This document shows, in pieces, positions 1 to 7,765 of a stretch of DNA of 36,549 bases (within the stretch, counting starts at the first letter, position 1; each line of letters opens with the position of its first letter). A program made the translations under genes and the position numbers. Source of the stretch: a virus (Duplodnaviria; Caudoviricetes); the IMG/VR virus record IMGVR_UViG_3300010155_000029, positions 1-36,549 of that record, one strand, 5' to 3'. The notes under the pieces were generated by a model that saw nothing but the letters and a program-made list of their open reading frames with translations, had not been told where the DNA came from and made no database searches.

Positions 1-42
1 GGCACCAGCGAATGGTAGCCATTTAGTTATCTTCTTTAACAT
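1..42 (-). CDS. 5' end of a minus-strand gene (MLKKITKWLPFAGA...), runs off the window
   Basis: ATG at 42-40 after an AT-rich leader (ACTATTAAAATCATTCTT); 14 open codons with a basic-then-hydrophobic start; not in the ORF track. Confidence 0.5.
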   Translation of the reverse strand, partial: MLKKITKWLPFAGA

Positions 43-60
43 AAGAATGATTTTAATAGT

Positions 61-124
61 TAGTCGCAAGTTAGGGATTCGAACCCAGAGTAATGGTTAT
101 TCATTACCTCACCAGGAATCTGCG
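61..124 (-). ncRNA. degenerate tRNA-like structure (not a canonical tRNA)
   Basis: Minus strand: CGCAGAT/ACTTGCG acceptor-like stem (6/7 pairs) plus ACTA; CTGGG-TTCGAAT-CCCTA T-arm abutting the acceptor; GTAATG/CATTAC central stem with a 6-nt loop; D-arm reduced to TCCTGGTGAG. Confidence 0.55.
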
Positions 125-217
125 TGTGAATATTCATGTTTGATCAACCAGGGAATATAGAACTAACTGGACTAATGTTATCTGCCACGGCAAAGATCAG
201 GCAATTGCCACTGAAGC

Positions 218-445
218 TTAGATAGCTAAGTCTCTACAGAATGCTGGCATTGCATTACTATTCGTGTATGATTTGTACTTCGCGAAGCAATTCATACTCT
301 CGAACCTCTGCTTGTGAGCGTTATACACTGCATCGTGATCATACGATACTGTCGATCCCTTCTTATTCACGAAGGTGATAATGGTATTGCTACCAATTAG
401 AGTTTTACGGATTACGAATCTCTTAGTTGTAATAGTATTTGACAT
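218..445 (-). CDS. hypothetical protein, first gene of the divergent (probably early) arm
   Basis: 75-aa ORF with ATG and AT-rich leader, downstream of a promoter-like element. Confidence 0.75.
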   Translation of the reverse strand: MSNTITTKRFVIRKTLIGSNTIITFVNKKGSTVSYDHDAVYNAHKQRFESMNCFAKYKSYTNSNAMPAFCRDLAI

Positions 446-480
446 GTTAAGTAATTTAAGTTAGTATTTGTCGAACTACA

Positions 481-517
481 TATATATTATCCAAACGTAG
501 TCGTATTAACTTTGTAT
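481..517 (-). promoter_or_regulatory. putative early promoter
   Basis: Minus strand reads ATACAAAGTTAATACGACTACGTTTGGATAATATATA; contains TACGTTTG (499-492), matching the Bacteroidota -7 consensus TAnnTTTG, about 46 nt upstream of the ATG at 445. Confidence 0.5.
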
Positions 518-586
518 AAATATATAATAAATATATACACGAAATGGAAATGTGAAACAATCTGATCGGATCATGGACCGGATGGC

Positions 587-644
587 GGGGCTGGGCTAAA
601 AGATTGGGTTTTAGATAGGGGCGGGGTGGGCCTAGAGGAGGGGG
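587..644 (+). other. G-tract cluster with G-quadruplex potential
   Basis: Seven runs of 3 or more G (587-590, 593-595, 606-608, 618-621, 623-626, 628-630, 640-644) in an otherwise AT-rich intergenic region. Confidence 0.6.
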
Positions 645-680
645 CCGATGCTTTACCTCTATATTTACAATATACTTTTA

Positions 681-726
681 TGTGACATTAGCCTATATAA
701 GGTACTAGTAACAGGCTGTTGTCACA
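681..726. repeat. imperfect inverted repeat (14-bp arms, 18-bp spacer)
   Basis: TGTGACATTAGCCT (681-694) and AGGCTGTTGTCACA (713-726) are 12/14 complementary; the spacer contains the palindrome TACTAGTA (703-710). Confidence 0.8.
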
Positions 727-748
727 CTAGTAAAAAAATAGATAACGG

Positions 749-758
749 TGTGATTATA
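749..758 (+). promoter_or_regulatory. putative phage late-promoter motif TGTRAYNWT, copy 1
   Basis: TGTGATTATA about 25 nt upstream of the ATG at 783; same 10-mer at 27324. Confidence 0.55.
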
Positions 759-782
759 AGGTTGAAGATAAAAACAAACGAT

Positions 783-968
783 ATGCCAAACAATCTAAAA
801 GTATGGGCAAAAGCCAGAAAGGAAAAAAGAGCTCATGATAAATCAGCTAGGAAAGCCTTTAGAGAAGATCACCCAGGAGCCGTAAAAAGACTGACAGGTG
901 CATACAAATTACCACATGGTAGAGCTTTAGCTCAAAACCAAGGTAAAAAGAAAAAGAAGAAATACTAA
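783..968 (+). CDS. small, highly basic protein (61 aa)
   Basis: In-frame ATG at 783 with an A-rich leader preferred over the track start at 648; K/R-rich, ends KKKKKKY. Confidence 0.65.
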   Translation: MPNNLKVWAKARKEKRAHDKSARKAFREDHPGAVKRLTGAYKLPHGRALAQNQGKKKKKKY

Positions 969-995
969 TAATTAATAACCAAACCAAACAAACAA

Positions 996-1301
996 ATGAC
1001 CTATTATTACTACAAAACCAGCACACTCAACACTGGGAAACCACAGGTTTCAGAGGGGAAAATTGCCGAATGGAAACATTTAGCAGATAAAAAGAACTGG
1101 AGAATAACACAGTTAGCAAATGGGTACTACCAAACAGAAGTCAACAACCCAAACGACCAAGACAAATGGGTTGATGTCACAAGAAGAGAAACACTCGATG
1201 GGGCTGAGGCTGCTATCAATGGCAGTGTGGAACACTTTGGAAAAAAAGTGGAATTCATTGGTGGACCGAAAGTAGTTAAAACCTTCGAAAACAATCAATA
1301 A
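996..1301 (+). CDS. hypothetical phage protein
   Basis: 101-aa ORF, leader AACCAAACCAAACAAACAA, colinear with the late arm. Confidence 0.8.
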   Translation: MTYYYYKTSTLNTGKPQVSEGKIAEWKHLADKKNWRITQLANGYYQTEVNNPNDQDKWVDVTRRETLDGAEAAINGSVEHFGKKVEFIGGPKVVKTFENNQ

Positions 1302-1313
1302 TGAAAAAGCATA

Positions 1314-1526
1314 ATGAACATAGGTGTAGATAAGAAGCTTCACTTTCTAGGTGGAGCTTGTATTTACTTTACAGTAGAGAGTTTATTAGTAGTAGCTATA
1401 ATAGGACTTTTAAAAGAGGTCTGGGATGAGTACGACTACGGTGGATTTGACTACGTAGACCTATTAGCCACGGTACTAGGAGGTATAGTAGGTTGGGGGA
1501 CTATGCTTATTAAGATGCAACTCTAA
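1314..1526 (+). CDS. small membrane protein, YfiM/DUF2279/VanZ-like
   Basis: Pattern DKxxHF...KExxD...GFDxxDLxAxxxG alternating with hydrophobic helices. Confidence 0.65.
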   Translation: MNIGVDKKLHFLGGACIYFTVESLLVVAIIGLLKEVWDEYDYGGFDYVDLLATVLGGIVGWGTMLIKMQL

Positions 1527-1569
1527 TAGATTAGCTTATACAATTTAATTAAATTCAATTCAATACATT

Positions 1570-3135
1570 ATGGAATACAATTTACCTAGTGAATTGGTCA
1601 AGAGGTTAGACTTTGGCCAAGAAGCTGAGAATAAAGTAATAGCTGGTGTTAACAAGCTAGCAAAAGCCGTGAAATCCACATTAGGCGCATCGGGAAAATG
1701 TGTTATTTACGAAGATGGAAGAGGCAAACCGGTCATAACAAAAGACGGAGTAACCGTTGCAGAAAGCGTAGTCTTATTTGATCCGGTTGAAAACATGGGA
1801 GCAACCTTAGTTAAGGAAGCTGCTAGAAATACAGTGAGAGAGGCTGGTGATGGAACAACCACCGCTACAGTTTTAGTAGAAGCCTTGATTAATTCTATAC
1901 ATTCCGCCGTCGCTGCGGGTGCAAAAATCAGAGATATTAAAGAAGGGGTTGCGTCTTGCTTAGTAGATGTAGTAAAGTACTTAGAATCAACTTCCGTTGA
2001 GGTGGATGGTGATATGCTTAAAGCCGTATCAGCTATTTCCTGTAATAATGATAAGTTCTTAGGGGATATTATTGCTGAAGCTTACGCTAAAGTAGGTAAA
2101 CACGGTGTAGTTCTCATGGAAGAGAGTGAAACTGAGGATACTTACGTAGATGTAGTAGATGGAGTACAGATAGATTGTGGGCTAACTTCTCCGCATTTTA
2201 TCACTAACACTGAGAAACATGTATCAGAGTTAGATAATCCATTCGTTCTAACAGTTTCCTCTGAAATCCCTAATATCCGCAAGATTCAAGGGATTTTAGA
2301 ACATGTAATTAAAAATAACCGCTCATTACTTATTGTAGCACCAGTATCACAACAGGTTAAGTCTGCATTACTAATGAATAGAGTGAAAGGTAATATTAAA
2401 GTAAATATTATTGATCCTCCAGGTTTTGGTCCTACACGAGCAGATGCTATAGAAGATCTAGCATTATTAACGGGTAGTACAGTAATCAACGAGGAATTAG
2501 GAGATGATCTTGATTTAATCACTGTAGATCACTTAGGTGAGGCTGAGTTCTCTGTAACTGATGATAAGACAACTACTTTAACTATGGAGGAGACTAAATC
2601 AGAGGTTGAGGAGAGAGTTCTCGAGGTTCAGAAACAGATCGCTGATGAGAAGAACGGTTTTATTAAAAAGAAACTAGAGCAAAGACTAGCCACTCTATCA
2701 GGTAGCGTCGGTGTTGTCAAGGTTGGTGCTGATTCTAAAGTTGAGATGAAAGAAAAGAAAGATAGGGTGGAAGATGCTATCTACGCTACTAAAGCTGCGT
2801 TGAAAGAAGGGATCGTTTCAGGGGGTGGTATAGCCTTACTTAACGCTTCTCAAAAAATCGAACCCACTGACGTGGGTGGAGAAGTACTACTAGAAGCATT
2901 ACGGTCTCCTTTCTTTACTATACTAGATAATGCCGGTATAGATTGTAATATCGGTTTTGAAGAAGGTATTGGTGTTGATGTAATTACTGGTAAGCATGTC
3001 AATATGATCGAAGCTGGCATCATTGATCCAGTGCTAGTAACCAAGACTGCTCTTAAGAATGCTGTAAGTGTAGCGTTAACTATTGTGTCAGCAGATTGTG
3101 TAATCTCAAATGTAAGAGTGAATGAAGGCAATTAA
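1570..3135 (+). CDS. groEL: phage-encoded chaperonin GroEL (Cpn60)
   Basis: ITKDGVTVA, AGDGTTTATVL, EKKDRVEDA...EGIVSGGG and GIIDPVLV motifs; 521 aa; no GGM tail. Confidence 0.97.
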   Translation: MEYNLPSELVKRLDFGQEAENKVIAGVNKLAKAVKSTLGASGKCVIYEDGRGKPVITKDGVTVAESVVLFDPVENMGATLVKEAARNTVREAGDGTTTATVLVEALINSIHSAVAAGAKIRDIKEGVASCLVDVVKYLESTSVEVDGDMLKAVSAISCNNDKFLGDIIAEAYAKVGKHGVVLMEESETEDTYVDVVDGVQIDCGLTSPHFITNTEKHVSELDNPFVLTVSSEIPNIRKIQGILEHVIKNNRSLLIVAPVSQQVKSALLMNRVKGNIKVNIIDPPGFGPTRADAIEDLALLTGSTVINEELGDDLDLITVDHLGEAEFSVTDDKTTTLTMEETKSEVEERVLEVQKQIADEKNGFIKKKLEQRLATLSGSVGVVKVGADSKVEMKEKKDRVEDAIYATKAALKEGIVSGGGIALLNASQKIEPTDVGGEVLLEALRSPFFTILDNAGIDCNIGFEEGIGVDVITGKHVNMIEAGIIDPVLVTKTALKNAVSVALTIVSADCVISNVRVNEGN

Positions 3136-3379
3136 CGATTATATAGTAATAGAGAAAGTAAAGGGGAGTCAGAAGAAAGTAAGTGGGTTAATCCTCACCG
3201 ACGATACAGACTCTGATAATAGATACAAGAAGGCTAAGGTTGTTTCTGTAGGTAATCTAGCTGAGATGATAAAGGAAGGTACTATGGTTATGTATGACAA
3301 GCACGCAGGCCACGACATTTCCTATGATGATGTTATGTACAGAGTAATTAAGCTCAGAGATGTAGTACTAGTGGAATGA
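3122..3379 (+). CDS. groES: co-chaperonin GroES (Cpn10)
   Basis: KAINDYIVI, mobile loop SGLIL, AKVVSVG, EGTMVMY...YRVIKLRDV; overlaps the 3' end of groEL. Confidence 0.9.
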   Translation: MKAINDYIVIEKVKGSQKKVSGLILTDDTDSDNRYKKAKVVSVGNLAEMIKEGTMVMYDKHAGHDISYDDVMYRVIKLRDVVLVE

Positions 3380-3816
3380 AATTAACATCTCAAGATCTTA
3401 AAGACTCACATTTCCTTAAGTACTACAGACTGGTTCGGAAATGGGCGTGCAAACAGAATGATATAAAGGAAGCTGATTTAGAGCTACTGATATATCTAAA
3501 CTGCTTAACTAGATTTACTAGAGATGATTTCATTAACGGAGTGTATGCTTACACCTGGGATAAGCACAGATGGGAGAGATTAAGGAAGGCTGGGTGGATA
3601 GAAGTATGGAGACATAGGAATAGGACCACCATAAAGTACACGATTTACAAAACATCGTTTAAGTGTAATCATCTTATAAGTAGGATATATAGAATACTGC
3701 TAGGAGAAGAAGATATACCTACCTCTATAAATTGCGTTTACTATAATAACAAATCATATACAGATAAGGTTATGAACAAAGCTATAGATGACATGATTAA
3801 AGATAAGGACAGATGA
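3376..3816 (+). CDS. hypothetical protein, possibly winged-helix DNA binding
   Basis: 146 aa; ELLIYL...FTRDDF...RLRKAGWIEVW resembles a wHTH; ATGA-coupled to both neighbours. Confidence 0.6.
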   Translation: MKLTSQDLKDSHFLKYYRLVRKWACKQNDIKEADLELLIYLNCLTRFTRDDFINGVYAYTWDKHRWERLRKAGWIEVWRHRNRTTIKYTIYKTSFKCNHLISRIYRILLGEEDIPTSINCVYYNNKSYTDKVMNKAIDDMIKDKDR

Positions 3817-4214
3817 GTATATTAACTAAAGTTTTTTCAACTGGTGCTAGTGCGCTAGTTAAAAGTATTGGTGGTGTGTTAGATAACCTAACCACTTCCA
3901 AAGAAGAGAAATTAGCCGCAGAGCTAAAGATAAAAGAACTGATTTCTGCTCATGAAATTGAGATGCAGAAAGAGGTTACGAGTAGGTGGGAAGCTGATAT
4001 GAATTCAGATTCTTGGCTATCGAAAAACGTTAGACCATTAGTATTGATATTTCTAGTTATATCAACAGTATTAATGATATTCATTGATGCTGGAGTTGTA
4101 GCTTTTAATGTTGAAGAGAAATGGACTGATTTATTACAACTAGTATTAATAACCGTGATCGGTGCCTACTTCGGCGGTAGATCACTAGAGAAAACAAAAA
4201 GTAAAAACAATTAA
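3813..4214 (+). CDS. holin (GTA 3TM-holin-like)
   Basis: RWEADMNSDSWLSKNVRP, two hydrophobic helices, then GAYFGGRSLEK. Confidence 0.8.
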   Translation: MSILTKVFSTGASALVKSIGGVLDNLTTSKEEKLAAELKIKELISAHEIEMQKEVTSRWEADMNSDSWLSKNVRPLVLIFLVISTVLMIFIDAGVVAFNVEEKWTDLLQLVLITVIGAYFGGRSLEKTKSKNN

Positions 4215-4225
4215 ATTAAATTAAA

Positions 4226-4495
4226 ATGGGTAAAGTAAAAGAAATGGTTGATTTAAAACCAAAAGCAACAAACATCACTGACGAGCAATTAGAGAGACTA
4301 CAACAAGTAGTTAATAATATAAATAGTGTTCAATTTGAGATTGGTAAACTAGAAGCTCAGAAACATTCATACCTACATCGCTTAGCAGAGTTTCAAGAAA
4401 ATGTAACTTCGCTACAAGGTGAGTTAAGCGAAGAGTATGGTACATTTGACGTGGACTTAAAAGACGGTGCAATTAACTACCCAGACAATGGATAG
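4226..4495 (+). CDS. coiled-coil hypothetical protein
   Basis: 89 aa with heptad L/Q/E pattern; leader TTAAATTAAATTAAA. Confidence 0.75.
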   Translation: MGKVKEMVDLKPKATNITDEQLERLQQVVNNINSVQFEIGKLEAQKHSYLHRLAEFQENVTSLQGELSEEYGTFDVDLKDGAINYPDNG

Positions 4496-4712
4496 TCACG
4501 TAATTAGAAAGATCACCATAGGTAAAGACTATAAGAATGATGCTATGCATTATGCTGTTGGTCAAAACGTTTATGGTGGTCACACGATAACAGATATTAT
4601 AGAGGAGGAAACAAAGTACTCCATCTATATATCTAAAGAGGATATTCAGATACCGTGGAAGGATTTTAATAAGAATATGGCCATCTCAGTAGAATATGAT
4701 CTTGAGTACTAA
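4488..4712 (+). CDS. hypothetical protein (74 aa, beta-rich)
   Basis: In-frame ATG at 4488 preferred over the GTG at 4467; TAATG-coupled to the next gene. Confidence 0.7.
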   Translation: MDSHVIRKITIGKDYKNDAMHYAVGQNVYGGHTITDIIEEETKYSIYISKEDIQIPWKDFNKNMAISVEYDLEY

Positions 4713-5308
4713 TGAGGAGTTTATTCGATTTTGTTGTATCCCCAGATGGTAGCAGGTATAAGAACTCTGTTAAAGTCGGTGATAAAGACTTAATACTAAA
4801 TACCGAAGTTTTTAATCATCAATATATAAACAGAGAGGCAGTGGTATTGGAATCTCCAATAGGTATAAAAACTAAGGTAAAGAAAGGGGATAAATTAATT
4901 GTTCATCATAACGTATTTAGACGTTGGCATAACATGAAGGGTATAGAGAAGAATAGTAGATCCTTTATGAGTGAGGATGAGTACTTGGTTAGTACTGATC
5001 AGATATTTTTATATAAAAACAAAGGGGCTAACGAGTGGAGAGCTATGGATGGTTATTGCTTTGTTCAACCAATTAAATCAATTGATAATTTCGATACAGA
5101 TACAGAGAAACCTCTAGTTGGTGTAGTTAAGCATACTGACGGGACATTTAGTAATGGTGAGTTGGTAGGTTTTTCACCTGGTGATGAGTACGAGTTTGTT
5201 ATAGGTGGTAAGAGATTGTATAGAGTTATGACTAAATATATTAATATTAAATATGAATATAAAGGAGACGAAGAAGAGTATAATCCAAGCTGGGCACATA
5301 GCAGTTGA
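4712..5308 (+). CDS. tandem GroES-like (Cpn20-like) co-chaperonin
   Basis: Two Cpn10-like patterns: RSLFDFVVSP..LIL..EAVVLESP..VKKGDKLIV..YLVSTDQI and RAMDGYCFVQP..KPLVGVV..GELVGF..EYEFVIGGKRLYRV. Confidence 0.65.
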   Translation: MRSLFDFVVSPDGSRYKNSVKVGDKDLILNTEVFNHQYINREAVVLESPIGIKTKVKKGDKLIVHHNVFRRWHNMKGIEKNSRSFMSEDEYLVSTDQIFLYKNKGANEWRAMDGYCFVQPIKSIDNFDTDTEKPLVGVVKHTDGTFSNGELVGFSPGDEYEFVIGGKRLYRVMTKYINIKYEYKGDEEEYNPSWAHSS

Positions 5309-5534
5309 AGAGTTGATTAAGGTAGCTAAAGAAGCTATAGTTGATTCTGACGATGATATATCTGCAGATAGACTTAAGAATGCTGCTGCCACAAAGAAGC
5401 TTGCTATCTTCGATGCTTTTGAGATATTAAATAGAATCGAAGAAGAGGAACAAATAATAAGTGATCTAGAGAATTCTAAGAAAGATCTAAACAAACCTAA
5501 GTTCCAAGGATTCGCAGAGGGGAGGAGTAAGTAA
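5253..5534 (+). CDS. putative terminase small subunit
   Basis: 93-aa helical protein, TAATG-coupled to TerL; assigned by position only. Confidence 0.55.
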   Translation: MNIKETKKSIIQAGHIAVEELIKVAKEAIVDSDDDISADRLKNAAATKKLAIFDAFEILNRIEEEEQIISDLENSKKDLNKPKFQGFAEGRSK

Positions 5535-7762
5535 TGTACGAGCAATCATTATATAAAATAATAGAACCAGTCAAGCTTACCACTATCAAGAGATTGAACA
5601 AGGGGAAGAAGTGGAAGTACGGTTACGATAAGAGTAGCGATGTTGTTGTCGTGTCTAAGACCGGTGAGATTGGTGATATAATAGAAATACAAGGGTTAAA
5701 GATAGCTCTACCTAAAACACCTAAAGAAATATTCAGTTGCTCTAAAGATAAGAGTGAACAGAAGTGGAGGAGGTTTGAGCCTAACGAAGCTTTCAGTAAA
5801 ATAAAAACTAGGTTTGATTGGGATGATTACCCTAAAGCCTTTAAAGAGCTACATTACAAATACATCGACGAAGAGTTTAAAAGAAGGGATAATGGTTTCT
5901 GGTTTGCTAACAACGGAGAATCAACCTGGATTCCTGGTAGTTACTATATGTACTTACAATGGAGCAAGATAGATGTTGGTGCTCCAGACTTTAGAGAAGC
6001 AAATAGATTGTTTTTTATATTCTGGGAAGCTTGTAAAGCAGATCAGCGTTGTTATGGCATGTGTTATCTAAAGAACAGACGTTCAGGTTTTTCTTTCATG
6101 AGTTCAGCTGAAACCGTTAATTTAGCTACCCTTGCAAGTGATAGTAGATTTGGGGTATTATCCAAAAGTGGTGGTGATGCAAAGAAAATGTTTACGGATA
6201 AAATAGTACCCATAAGTATTAATTATCCGTTTTTCTTTAAACCTATACAGGATGGTATGGATCGTCCGAAGTCAGAACTAGCTTACCGTATTCCTGCTAA
6301 AAAGTTTACTAGAAGGAAGATGAGGGAGAGTGAGGTCGAAGACGATATGGAAGGTCTTGATACTACCATTGACTGGAAGAATACTGGAGACAACAGTTAT
6401 GATGGTGAGAAACTTTCTTTACTAGTCCACGATGAGAGTGGTAAGTGGGAGAGGCCTGATAATATCCTTAACAACTGGAGAGTTACTAAAACCTGTTTGA
6501 GATTAGGTGGTAGGATAGTTGGTAAGTGTCTAATGGGTAGTACCTCGAATGCCTTAGATAAAGGGGGGGATAATTTCAAGAAACTATATAAAGATTCTGA
6601 TGTCAATAAGCGGAACAAAAATGGACAAACAAAGTCTGGTTTATATTCTTTGTTTATCCCAATGGAGTGGAACTATGAAGGATTTATTGACCAGTACGGT
6701 ATTCCAGTCTTTGACAATCCGGATAATGATGTCTTCGGACCACATGGTGAATTAATAGATATTGGTGTTGTAGATTACTGGGAGAACGAAGCTGATGGTT
6801 TGAGAGATGACCAAGACGGTTTAAATGAATTCTACCGACAGTTTCCAAGAACAGAGGAACACGCATTTAGAGATGAGACAAAAAATAGTTTGTTTAATCT
6901 CATTAAGATCTATGAACAGATAGATTATAATGAAGGTAATAGAAACTCTTCGGTGCTAACTACTGGTAACTTCCAGTGGACAAACGGCGTTAAGGATACT
7001 CAAGTAGTATTTAACCCCGACCCTAATGGTAGATTCAAAGTTAGTTGGGTTCCTAGTAGAGGAATGCAAAATAACGTTATACTAAAGAATGGAATTAAAT
7101 ACCCTGGAAACGAGCACGTTGGTGCGTTTGGTTGTGATAGCTACGATATTTCTGGTACTGTTGATGGTAAAGGATCTAAAGGAGCGTTACATGGATTAAC
7201 TAAGTTTAGTATGGAAGACGCTCCCGCTAATACGTTTTTCCTAGAGTATATAGCTAGACCACAAACAGCGGAGATATTCTTTGAAGATGTATTAATGGCA
7301 TTAGTATTTTATGGTATGCCTATACTCGCAGAGAACAATAAACCTAGATTATTATACTATCTACGTAGAAGAGGTTATAGAGGCTTCAGTATGAATAGGC
7401 CTGATAAGGTATGGAATAAATTATCAGTTGCTGAGAGAGAAGTTGGTGGTATGCCAAACTCTAGTGAAGATATAAAGCAAGCACATGCTGCTGCTATAGA
7501 GATGTATATTAATGATCACATAGGTTTACATGAAGATGGTACTTATGGTACTATGTATTTCCAAGACACATTAGTAGATTGGAGTAAATTTAATATAAAT
7601 AAAAGAACTAAGTACGATGCCTCGATTAGCTCGGGGTTAGCTATTATGGCTTGTAATAGACATTTATACCGACCAAACCCAGAGGTAAAGAAACAACCAT
7701 TAGGTATAAGCATATCGAAATATACTAACACCGGATTTAATTCAACAATAATTAAAAAATAA
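5534..7762 (+). CDS. terL: terminase large subunit
   Basis: Walker A-like KNRRSGFS, Walker B LLVHDESGKW, motif III-like MGST, RNase H-type FGCDSYD and C-terminal YDASISSG. Confidence 0.92.
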   Translation: MYEQSLYKIIEPVKLTTIKRLNKGKKWKYGYDKSSDVVVVSKTGEIGDIIEIQGLKIALPKTPKEIFSCSKDKSEQKWRRFEPNEAFSKIKTRFDWDDYPKAFKELHYKYIDEEFKRRDNGFWFANNGESTWIPGSYYMYLQWSKIDVGAPDFREANRLFFIFWEACKADQRCYGMCYLKNRRSGFSFMSSAETVNLATLASDSRFGVLSKSGGDAKKMFTDKIVPISINYPFFFKPIQDGMDRPKSELAYRIPAKKFTRRKMRESEVEDDMEGLDTTIDWKNTGDNSYDGEKLSLLVHDESGKWERPDNILNNWRVTKTCLRLGGRIVGKCLMGSTSNALDKGGDNFKKLYKDSDVNKRNKNGQTKSGLYSLFIPMEWNYEGFIDQYGIPVFDNPDNDVFGPHGELIDIGVVDYWENEADGLRDDQDGLNEFYRQFPRTEEHAFRDETKNSLFNLIKIYEQIDYNEGNRNSSVLTTGNFQWTNGVKDTQVVFNPDPNGRFKVSWVPSRGMQNNVILKNGIKYPGNEHVGAFGCDSYDISGTVDGKGSKGALHGLTKFSMEDAPANTFFLEYIARPQTAEIFFEDVLMALVFYGMPILAENNKPRLLYYLRRRGYRGFSMNRPDKVWNKLSVAEREVGGMPNSSEDIKQAHAAAIEMYINDHIGLHEDGTYGTMYFQDTLVDWSKFNINKRTKYDASISSGLAIMACNRHLYRPNPEVKKQPLGISISKYTNTGFNSTIIKK

Positions 7763-7765
7763 GTT

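Noticed and set aside
61-124. Functional tRNA gene
   Set aside because: No D-stem, 6-nt central loop, two T-stem mismatches; kept only as tRNA-like
499-508. TAATACGACT match to the T7 promoter (minus strand)
   Set aside because: Only 10 nt, lacks CACTATAG, and no T7-type RNA polymerase is visible
648-782. N-terminal extension of track ORF 648..968
   Set aside because: It spans the inverted repeat and promoter motif; the ATG at 783 has a better leader and coding-like composition
5534-7762. Intein or intron in the long TerL
   Set aside because: No intein splice-junction or LAGLIDADG motifs seen; the extra length appears to be mostly an N-terminal extension
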